From Tubulanus polymorphus (taxonomy: Eukaryota > Animalia > Nemertea), in the NCBI RefSeq assembly GCF_964204645.1, contig NC_134034.1, forward strand, positions 13,343,062-13,407,061: 64,000 nucleotides of DNA. Direction: 5' to 3'. The notes under the pieces were generated by a model. It had not been told where the DNA came from and made no database searches. It saw only the letters and a program-made list of their open reading frames with translations. Within the stretch, counting starts at the first letter, position 1, and each line of letters begins with the position of its first letter. Both the position numbers and the translations under genes were made by a program. Shown here one piece after another: positions 53,420 to 64,000 of this stretch.

Positions 53420-53507
53420 GACGACCTGATTATCAAAACTGATCTATATTTCCTGAGAGAAGAGAGGCGGCTAAAGTAAGCTACTCGAACAGCTAGCTAC
53501 CCGATCA

Positions 53508-53547
53508 ACTAATGATAGCTATCAAACGGTCGGCTCTCGTTTTTATA
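53508..53547 (-). promoter_or_regulatory. Candidate TATA box plus initiator for the distal aquaporin first exon
   Basis: TATAAAA (53547-53541) about 30 nt upstream of TCATT (53515-53511) and about 125 nt upstream of the ATG at 53419. Confidence 0.45.
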
Positions 53548-56024
53548 AGTAAGCTATGATGTCATCAGACGACTGACGGCGGCCATCATTGCGTACAATT
53601 TGAAATTATAACGTCATGACTACTACGGAGAAATCGATCTCGATCGAACTGGATGATCGCGGCTCATTGCCAAAATATTTTATCTCTTCAGTTCATAAGT
53701 GAACATTTTGAAGATAAGGTGTTTCTAACTTACAAGTCGATACTGATATAGGCCTATAGCCTACAGCACGCGGTGTGTGCACTTTAAGCCACAATCATAT
53801 GCCTTAACGCGCAGCTGACAACCTTGAAATATTCTCTCCGGGACATTAAAAAATTTGATACAAGAATTTGATAGCGACATTCAGGTATTGCAGTTGCTTC
53901 GGGAACTTAACAAGAAGAGAAGCCTGAAGTCGAGTTCTTCCTATAGCAGTGATCACACAGAGATGATTTGGCTCAGGGCCTTCGAAACCTGCTTTTCCGA
54001 CCAAGTGCCCTTTTGAAAATCCGCTTCATATAGGCTTCCCTATGTGCTGATCTTGATCTTTAAGTTCTAGGCCCTATAACCAATCTAACCACTCAAAACA
54101 AGTCTAAGCTCATTTTGGTTCTATGGTCAATCTTACAACTATAGATGATTGGAATTCTAGCATGAGTTCCATAAGGCTGCGTGTTAGGGAGAGTCATCAG
54201 AAATATGTCTGGGTAGGTTTTACAAAAAGAATTCACATATCCCGAAGCTGAGTAATTTGCGATAACATAAAAAAGCAATCACAAAAATACCCAGTGCCTA
54301 TATACACCATATAAATGAAAACCTCTTAAATGATAAAAAATCTTTTGAAAGGAATGCTTAAAAATCTGCGAATAAAGTTCAGGTACAAAGTTCATATAAA
54401 AAATGATCTATGATGAAGGCTTATTTCAGTCCATTGGCACTGAACAACTGTTATTACAGGGATAAAGATTATGGCACGTGATGTTGATTTGCTCAAAGTC
54501 CTGTTGCTGATCAAGTTTAAGAGGTCCTGTTTTAAGGAATGTCTCATTAGCGCAGCGCAGCCCGTATGACTAATCTCTCTAACTAGGCACAGGAAATAGT
54601 TGTAGTCAAGGCTAAGATCTTATACCAGTCTAATTCGGTTCAATAACCAATCTAACAACTTAAGACCAGTCTAAGCTCCATTTGGTTCTATAACCAATCT
54701 TACAACTTACAACCAGTCCAAGCTCATCTTGGTTCCATAACCAATCTATCAACTTTTTGACAATAAGATATAACAAAACATAAGATATGGGACCATTTTT
54801 GAAGTTGCAACTTGATTTTTCATCAGCACAGGTTAATTCAAATTTCTGAAACTGGATGCACGTGTTGTTACAATGTTTACTGCTGATGACCAGAGTTCGA
54901 CCTGGGACAAATCAGAAATGTTTTTCGAGTTTTGATTTCAAATCTTCAACTGTCGATCAGTTCAGGGACTGAGCACGTCACAAGGAACTGGCACGTACAC
55001 ACAGCTAGAGGTGAATATCGATTTTCCAAAGAAACCACTCCAAATAAGTGTTTGTAATCAGAGATAGCGTCCTGGCAGGCAGGCACACGCGCCAGCGTTG
55101 AGAGTCTAAAGTCTGACAGTCCAACCAGAAACGCATGTACTAACTAACCATTACCAAAAACACATCTATGTCGACGCAGTAAGGCAATGGCAAACACTCA
55201 AAATTAGTTCATTATCAATGAACTTTGAACTGTATTTCTAGGGTTCCGGAGTTATCACAGGACCTAGGCCTACCAAATACAAATAGGCCTACAATATTCA
55301 TATTTTCTACTCAGTAACGGGGAGCTCCAACTACAGTTATCCCACCAGATGGCGTGACGAACACTCACTTTTACGTTGTCAGCTCATTTTCAATCAACTA
55401 TAAATTGTATGTTTATGCTCCTGAGTCCCTTCCACAAAACTCAAGGCCTTGAATTGACCGATTCTCATTTTAAAACTTTTAAGAACCTTCAAGGACTACT
55501 ATAGAGCCTGGGATTGTAAGTTGTACCTGATATTTCATCGGAAGCGTCTTCATTGCATTCGGCTCAAACTATGATCGATTTCGGCGGCATCATGAAAACA
55601 TCGTCAGAACTCCATCATTGAAGTTTAGGCCTACTGGCGGTACCCGAGCGTAGTGTTATCTGAAATCAAATAGGGACAACGACAAGCATGTCTAATGTGT
55701 ATTTCAACTTGACTTGAGAGCACATCATGTGTGCATCTAGAGAAAAAACACACAAAACCATATGGAGCAATAAAAACCTAGTTGAATTGATCAATAAAGC
55801 GAATTGAATTGCGCTTTGATTTAGGAATTCTTGTAATTTTAAGTCATTTTTCAGTCGAAAAAAAGCGCAAAACAAAGAGATTATGATACCATATCAGATA
55901 AAGACCTTGTAGCTATCCTAAAATAAGCATTCACCACGTAAAGAGCGCTTAAAATCGGAGGTTTTCTAGTGAAAATGCCGCTAGCCGACGCCGACCATCA
56001 GGTGCTGCCACCTACGATTCAGTA

Positions 56025-57490
56025 ATGGATAGTCCTAACTCTCGCGAAGGCGTCGTTAAAGACGAAGAATCGGGTATTTATCCTTATCGAAACTGGTTGA
56101 TTTTTGTCGGATATCGTGGGCAATTTTCATCTCTTCGATCGGGTCGAAAATTTTAGGCATTTCACTCGAAACGTTCGTCGTTAAAGCGCTTTATACCCGA
56201 GATTCAATATAGTCTGTGTAAACTTCATTCGCATTTATTTTCGTTTCTCGGCCCTACTGGCTACTAATAATAATTTAATCTTTTTGAGTGTAGTCTTTTG
56301 TCTGCGTTATTGCATGGTTAATATGGAAAAGTTTCCACAAAAGCGATAATTTTTAATAGCCCCCACCCATCCCATCCTCTCTGACAGGGATTCGCACCTG
56401 GCCTGATGGTAGGTAGGCATTGCCATTCATTGATTGAGTCATTCACTTGAGCCTCGCCATCATGATCATCATGGCACGCGGTCTTTTATGGCAGGGATTT
56501 GTACCGTACAAATCCCAATAGACCGCGTGCCCTCCACCAGGTCAAGCCGTCGGGTATCATCATCATCAATTGACGGATCCATTGGAGGCTTTACAGCCTA
56601 TTAATATGGTATGGATCCAGGGGTTTCACTAATTGATGGATAATATATTGTTATATATATCCAGGTTACACGTATATTCCGGCCACTAGACGTCCTGATG
56701 GAACGTGGAGAAAAGCTCGCCGGGTTAAAGATGGTTACATTCCGCAGGAAGAAATGCCTGTGTAAGTATAGGAGCCTTAGTAGCTTAGAACCTTGAAAAT
56801 TGGCAACTTTACTTTAGCTGAACTTAACAGGTTTAATACAGGCAGTGTATTATTGACGTAGTTTCTATCTCCATTGAAAGATGGCAGCACCAGTTGAACA
56901 TAGAAAAATATTAGAAATTTAATAGAATCAAAAAAATGTTCAAATTATCTCCAGCACTTTCGGGTATTAATAAGTCAGTACTGAAGCGGTTTTAATTTGA
57001 TTCACATTTTTTCAGGTACGAAAATAAAGGCGTCCAATGGTTGAAGAGTAAACCGAATTTACCGCCAGGCCTCGCGGTTGAGACGACGTCTGCAACAAGC
57101 GCGTCATCGTCGTCGACGACAGACGGACTTTCGAAAGCCGCGAAAAAAAACCTCAAACGCAAAGAGAAGAAAAAGCAGCAGTCGGCGGCGACGACCGAAT
57201 CGGTAACCGAGTCGATGTCGAAAGTGCAGATATTCCCACCAGAGGGCGCTAAAACCGGGCGTCGCGGCGATAAGGACGGCGGCGGCGCGGAATTATCGGC
57301 TGAACAGAAAGAGAAGTTAAAACGCGTGCGAGCGTTGCGCAAGAAACTGAAACAAATCGACGATTTACGCTCGCGTATTGACTCCGGTCAGCTCGCGAAT
57401 CCGGAGAAAGATCAGTTGGAGAAGATCGCGAAACGTGCGGAGATCGCGAAGGAAATTGATGATCTAGAATTGGATATGGAAGACGTGTAG
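56025..57490 (+). CDS. PYM1: Partner of Y14 and mago (exon junction complex disassembly factor)
   Basis: Exons 56025-56073, 56665-56761 ([27 protein letters not shown]) and 57016-57490 (YENKG...[11 protein letters not shown]...EKDQLEKI); phases consistent. Confidence 0.93.
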
Positions 57491-58882
57491 CAGACGTAGG
57501 TCGCCGGATGATCCTACCGATTTGCGTTTCATATGCATTTATAAATGTTGGTTCGAAGACTACTTTAAAACCATTTTTGAATGACTCTCTGAGAGTCGTG
57601 CGTCGGGTTTTGTACCGACTCAAACGAGGACTCTTCTTGTTTTTACTGGTCGAATGACTCCATTTTCAAATGAAACTAAGACTCCGATTTTCTACAAGGA
57701 ATCCGTTTTAGAATGTTTTTGAATTTAAGAATGGATTCTGAATGACTCTTGGAGTCACGTGGCAAAGGTTCCCGGTTCAAAGACTCCACTTTCAAATGAC
57801 GCATGCGTAGTTCTAATTCTTTACCAGTTGGAAGGTCAGTTTTTGGCTACAAGAATGGACGTCTTTTCTGAATGGCTCTTGGAGTCGTGGATAGTTCTAG
57901 AAATGAACTGATTAGAAATTTTATTGCCAAGTGACCGGGTTGATTAGGAGAGATATCATTTTATTTGACTATAGAACATCCAGTATCAAATACAGTATCA
58001 AATACAGTATCCAGAAGTCATATTTTCTTGTCTTGAAATGATTTTCTCATATATGATAAATTGTTCTAGCAAGGTTGCGCTGAATATGAACACAGCAGCT
58101 GCATGAATCTTTTGTACAGTATGTATGCGTGTTGAAACTGCTTGCCAGGGATGGCTTCGTGTGTGCTGTTGTATTAAAATGAAGGGCTATAGATTTTTAC
58201 TCGAATTTTATTAGAAAGTGACATTTTGTCAAAGTGTGTATAATAATCATGTGTGTGCTGGAGAATACGTTTTGAGAATGATGAAAAATAAATTATTGGA
58301 ATATTTATAAACTTTTAAATTGGTTTCAATTGAATTTTAGAGGAGGTTCGTTCATGTCAAATCCATCCTCGCCTGCCAGGGTTTACCTCCCGCCAACACA
58401 AACTCTGGCCGCTGCTGACCCTCCATTACTGGTCAATTACACCGTCTTAGGTGGACAGGTTGCCACTAAAGGAGAGCCTTGGAAAGAACCTTCGATCAAG
58501 ATTTGAACCATAGAACTCATGGATTGACGAGACCGACTGCCTTAAAAAGAAAAGATAATTCCGTGTTCTCCAGGTAGGTGGTCGAAGCGACGAAAATACA
58601 ACGAAAATCATTTCATCACAACATTCTTTCTCTTTTCAAACAAAAAACAAAGACATTTTCTTCTAGACAATGACCGCGTCAGTAACACGCGGTTCTCTAA
58701 ATCTCACATAGAGGGCGTGAGAGTGTTTTTCATACAATAATATATTTATTTCATTATTTACAAATAAGATTATCGTCAACTTTTTCTTCGAATGTCACTA
58801 AAACTATAAATAGCGTGAAACAGGACCTGGTTCCATGATTATCGGATAAGCTTAAACTAAGGAACCGGACTTGCGGCGCTAA

Positions 58883-61800
58883 TTAATATTTATTAGACTC
58901 CTCGGCGACGGTCGCCTGCACGCATTTCGCCATCGTCTGCGATGCTCTGGTGATCGCGTCTGTCATCCAGTAATCTTTCAAACTGATCTGCGGTGGTATC
59001 AACGGCGCCGCTGCCAGTTTACCAGTTGCCAACTGTAACATACGAACAAAAATTGGCATTTAAGATTGGAATCAAAATCTATATACAGTCAACCCCCCCT
59101 ATATACTGCCCACCCATTTACCGCCAGGTTTTCTCGATGAAAATCTCAACACAAAATTCATAGTAAAACACCCCTGATATACCGCCCTCCCATTTACCGC
59201 CCCCGCCAGATTTTTTCAATGTACATCTCTATACAAATACATAGTAAAACACCCCCGATATAACGCTGCACTCTCTATACCGCCAAAATCGTTCTGCACC
59301 TATGCGGGCGGTTTATCGTGGCTTGACTGTTTTAGGCTAAATAAAATTGATACCTTATTTCTCATTTCTGCTTAGCTTAAACTCAATAGATATTCTAATG
59401 ATTTTATCGGGGGATTTAGGGAGCATGCCATCTTCTACTTTCAACACAATAGTTGATTCGATGATCTCATTGGGGGATGACAGGGGGGCTGACGTTACCT
59501 GAGCTAGTTCTTGCGACTGTTTAAAGTAGTTAGCGTTCTCGACGTCACCGTAACGCACCAGGTTCGGCGACACTTCCATCATTCGTTGACGAACATCTTT
59601 CACCGTATCGAACGGCAATTTCAAACCGGCGATCTGAAATCCATATATCACAATATCTAATCCGTCTATAATAACACTTTCAATCCCTATCTTAAGATCA
59701 AGATCACAAAATATCCATGATGAAACAAATGTCAAATGTTGCATTTTTAGACTAATGATGGTGGTAGGAATGACCTGAAATATTTCTAGTATTCTAAATA
59801 AACTTTTTAGTTGTTCAGCAATGGTGGGATTTTACAATCGAGATAATGCCATAATCGATATTCTAAACCAATACCGAGGAGACGAGGAACCATGAACTAG
59901 AGAAGTTGATGACTCTGATTCTTGTTATCTTGGAGCCACCCCTATGTGATACACGCGCGAAACCAAAGAGCACAGAAACCCAGTCCATCTGTTGTCATTC
60001 GCTGGTGAAAGGAATCGCTCCAGACCGCTCAGTTACCAACGACTGATGATTTTAGATGATTTTGAAACGACGTACCTCAGATAGAGCTCTGATGATTTTC
60101 CAGTCGGTTCTGGCGAGTTCCGGTGGAACGACTGCCGTACGCGTCTGCTGAGCTCGACCCTCCATATTGACGTACGTGCCGTCTTTCTCCGTGTACGCAG
60201 CTCCCGGTAACACGACGTCTGCCATCGCGGCTCCAGCATCACCATGAGAACCTACGTACAACAATACCGATCAGGATTAATACGATTTGAATTCGAAACA
60301 CATGAAATCTTAGACTAGGGGTCCAGGGACACCATGCCCACTTGGGAAGTGGTTTGAAATAGTGGTTTGAAAATTTCAATTTTCAACTAAAGTCCCAAGT
60401 GGGCTTAAAGAATCTTTATTATCTTTATTATCTATTATTAATTCAAATAAACTTCAACTATAATCTATTTATTTTTGTCGGGGATCAATTTTTTGTCTAC
60501 CTACCTAGGTATATAACGAAACAATCCTTCGGTAAATCTTCTTTATTAACGGCGCCCTGGTCGGCTCCGAACAGGAACAGTACCTTCGGCGGATTGTCGC
60601 GGATATGTTGTACGCCGGCTTTATAACCGAGATCTAGTGCCGCCACCTGGCTGGCGACGCGTTGAACGACGTTCAACACCTTCCAGTCGTCGTCGCGGTT
60701 ACCGCGTAATTGTTGCGCGATGTTAACGACGGCGGAATGAACGGCCGATCCGTCGTCTCGTTGTAACGCGGCGCTGCCGACCAGAACTAACGGGTTTTTA
60801 GCTTTCTTTAGTTCCTAGAGCGAGAAACAAAGGTGATTATAATGAACTATTGGCTTCACGAGCTGCAGTTGCTCAAAGGTTGGTTACAGTTAAACTGCGG
60901 ATAGTTGACGCTATTGGCTTCACGAGCTGCAGTTGCTCAAAGGTTGGTTACAGTTAAACTGCGGATAGTTAACGCTATTGGCTTCACGAGCTGCAGTTGC
61001 TCAAAGGTTGGTTACAGTTAAACTGCGGATAGTTAACGCTATTGGCTTCACGAGCTGCAGTTGCTCAAAGGTTGGTTACAGTTAAACTGCGGATAGTTAA
61101 CGCTATTGGCTTCACGAGCTGCAGTTGCTCAAAGGTTGGTTACAGTTAAACTGCGGATAGTTAACGCTATTGGCTTCACGAGCTGCAGTTGCTCAAAGGT
61201 TGGTTACAGTTAAACTGCGGATAGTTGACATAGTGACAATTAGAAGTTCAAACTATGGTATTTATCCCCCAGTTATCTTTCCGTCAAGACAAGAGAAAGA
61301 TTCATAAATGATAAAACCTGCATATTTGACACTTATATCCTCTCAGAAATTACATATTTTCGGATACATTTCCTACTCAAAATTGCTATAACACCCGAGT
61401 ATGGGACCCCGCTAATAGCCTATGACACCCTGTTTAATATGAAAAATGGCCTGGTCACTTGTTCTGGACCCTGCCTTTCAGTTTCCTAGATCAGCCCCCC
61501 GTGGGTAAGGTGGTTTCACGTACCTGCATCACTGGATGTGTTCCATCTGCTAACTGTTGCAGGATCTGCGTACTATCACCAAGGTGATTATACGTATAAG
61601 CCAAATCGATATTCGCCCCTCCGATGACGGAGACATTCATTTCATTTCTCATCCAACTGTAATGAGAAAATTGACAACATGTGACCCACGTACGCGCTGC
61701 ATTTATGAAACTTAGGGGTTGGAGCCCGGTTTCATAAAAAAAGTTTTTAGTTCTATCGGTCACTTCATGTTTTCAATGAAGACAACAATTCAAACTTAAC

Positions 61801-63757
61801 CGTTTAAACATTTTCGTGAAACTGGACCCAGATTAACCCTTTCATCGGTCAACACTGCAGTACGGTGTATAAATCGGTGATGAACTTTGCTAGTACACCG
61901 CACCACAGTCCATTGATGTAAATTTGTAATTAGTTGTATAATGACATGTAATTAATGTGTCATTCGAACTAATGTGATGTAGAAATAATCTATTCTCAGA
62001 TAAACTGAAGTATGGTGTATAAATTGGTGAACTTCGCCAGTACATCGACTAACCTGTCATTCGAACTAACGCGATGCAAAAATTAAGTTTTTGTCGGATT
62101 GGTTTCTTCTTACCTTTTTCGGATGCGAGCGTTCAGTAACGGCGCCTCGTACCGAGGATTACTTCCGACGATTAACATGTGATCACATTCTTCGATTCCT
62201 GCTATCGTTGAATTCAACAAATAATTCGAACGCAAATCAGTTCTACAAATAAAACACGCCATCTATTAGCCGAAATGGCAGTACGTTATACAGACACCAG
62301 AGGGCTCTGTATACTTGAATCTTAGGGTTATAGTTCGGAGGAGTAGCCCCGGAGATACCTACCCAGCTCCGTCCATCGGGAATATCTCCTCGGTGCACAG
62401 ACCCTCACTGCCAAGTTTGTTCAGGAAATCCTTCAACACGACCAGCGCCTCCGCATCGCAGAAACCGCCCCCTATTGCCGAAATCTCCGAACCTTTCACG
62501 CTGCGCAACTGAAATATTCATACGAAAAAATACATCGTAAATCCCCCTATGACATCAGGGCTGCTAATCCCACTATGACATCATCAAAAAAGACTATGGG
62601 CACATAGAATATCAATTTTAACACTTTCAGAAACTTTAGACTGCCTTTATCAATCACCCTATGGCAACCACATTATGGGGCATCTATTTTTTTCTTTTTT
62701 CATTACAGAAGTTTAATTTTATGAAAAAATAATGTAATATATACAAAATTTGTTAAACAACACTGAAAAACTAATTGGACATTATGAGTATTGGAAGATT
62801 AATAGACTTGTAAGAATGATAGCTGTCTATGAACATTTGAAATGACTGCGTGAATTGATAAAAAACGACCTCTACCATACCCTCAATAAATTGCCCCGTA
62901 ACGCAATGTCACGTTTACCTTTCCAGCTGCGGAGAACAAGGCCTCTTCCCAGTCGCACGGTTCAAGGTTACCCTGGGCGTTTTTCATCATCGGTGTCGTC
63001 AGTCGCTGACGCTTCAAACCGTCGCAGGCGAAACGAGATTTATCTGCCAACCATTCCTCGTTTATATCCTGAAAATATAAATCAATCACTTTAACCCCTT
63101 CAAATAGCGGCTCCCACTCAGAGGTGGTTAATTCAACGGCCAACGATTCCTCATTTATATCCGTTAAATATAAATAAATCACTTTAACCCTTACAGTGCT
63201 GACTAATAAATACCCTATAGTGCTGGAGATAATTTGAAAATTTTGAAAAATTCCTGTCTGTTGAATAACGGGAATACAACTATAGTGCTTCTACACCGAG
63301 GCGCGGTGTATCGTTAGTTACTAATATTTCACTATGTTTGACAGGTGCTGCCATCTTTCAAGAGAGATAATTACTAATTATATCAATACACCGCAGTGCG
63401 GTGTAATAGCAAAATCGTTCTGATTATACACTGCACTGTGGTGTAGACGCACTGAAAGGGTTAACCGCTCCAAACTGGCTCCTACTCAGAGGTGGTCAAT
63501 TTATCCGCCAACCATTCCATTCGCTAGTGGGATAATATCGGAATTCAGATGTGGAATTTGAAAATCCTATTCAAAATCAGTTGAAAATTCGAACGAAAAA
63601 TCAACAGTTAGTCGTGGTATCTCGTGCGTACATCACCGGGATACACGGCGTACTAACCTCATTGAGTCGTGGTATAATTCTGAGCACTTCGTTCGTACGA
63701 GTTGATACGACTATGTTACTGCCAACAGCATCCATTACATCAATACTCTCTGTTTTC
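58883..63757 (-). CDS. NDUFS1: NADH-ubiquinone oxidoreductase 75 kDa subunit; 5' end lies beyond the window
   Basis: Approximate exons 63757-63658 ([15 protein letters not shown]), 63068-62919 ([17 protein letters not shown]), 62508-62362, 62242-62114, 61654-61524, 60814-60509, 60251-60077 ([22 protein letters not shown]), 59633-59499 and 59032-58883 ([13 protein letters not shown]). Confidence 0.96.
59084..59331. mobile_element. Tc1/mariner-type MITE
   Basis: ta-CAGTCAA...TTGACTG termini with repeated (t)accgcc sub-motifs. Confidence 0.5.
60847..61229. repeat. 64-bp minisatellite, 6 almost identical copies
   Basis: ctattggcttcacgagctgcagttgctcaaaggttggttacagttaaactgcggatagttaacg repeated in an NDUFS1 intron. 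Confidence 0.95.
63184..63464. mobile_element. piggyBac-type MITE (opposite orientation to 28208-28478)
   Basis: TTAA-CCCTTACAGTGC...GCACTGAAAGGG-TTAA. Confidence 0.75.
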
Positions 63758-64000
63758 CTGTAAACCAAATGTGAGACTTTCTTTCGATATCGCAATCAGA
63801 AAGTTTAGAACAAGACTTAAGAATTTGTAAATGAAACAAATTGCAGTAGAACCCGGGCTAACTGGGATTATTCGGGACCAACAAAATTCATTTGGTTCAT
63901 GAGAAATCCCGATGTTCTTACAGTTAATAAGATAAAAACCCACTATCTACAGATTAAAAGAACCTGACGATGATCTCTAGGGTGAGATGGAAACGTCGTG

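Overview
Intron-rich, AT-rich eukaryotic DNA from an invertebrate; the gene content looks lophotrochozoan-like, but the taxon cannot be fixed from sequence alone. Spliced models built by hand from GT-AG sites and reading phase: (1) the 3' part of a GRL101-like LDLa/LRR GPCR whose tail carries a degenerate kinase-like segment; (2) two intronless rhodopsin-class GPCRs; (3) a prepro-peptide gene encoding a cationic, one-disulfide, 27-residue antimicrobial- or toxin-like peptide; (4) an atypical N-acylated calpain with two CBSW domains and no EF-hands; (5) two divergently oriented paralogous genes for secreted 8-Cys peptides, with conserved promoter, exon 1 and signal peptide but very different mature regions; (6) an AQP11/12-type aquaporin with two candidate first exons; (7) PYM1; (8) the 3' part of NDUFS1. 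Non-coding features include a 598-bp near-perfect palindrome of Penelope-type termini carrying minimal hammerhead ribozyme motifs, a 36-bp minisatellite that multiplies a calpain splice donor 23 times, repeats carrying CTCF-like motifs, several MITE families and LINE remnants. The best candidates for new biology are the secreted peptide genes and the GPCR with a pseudokinase-like tail. No rRNA, intact tRNA or CRISPR array was seen.
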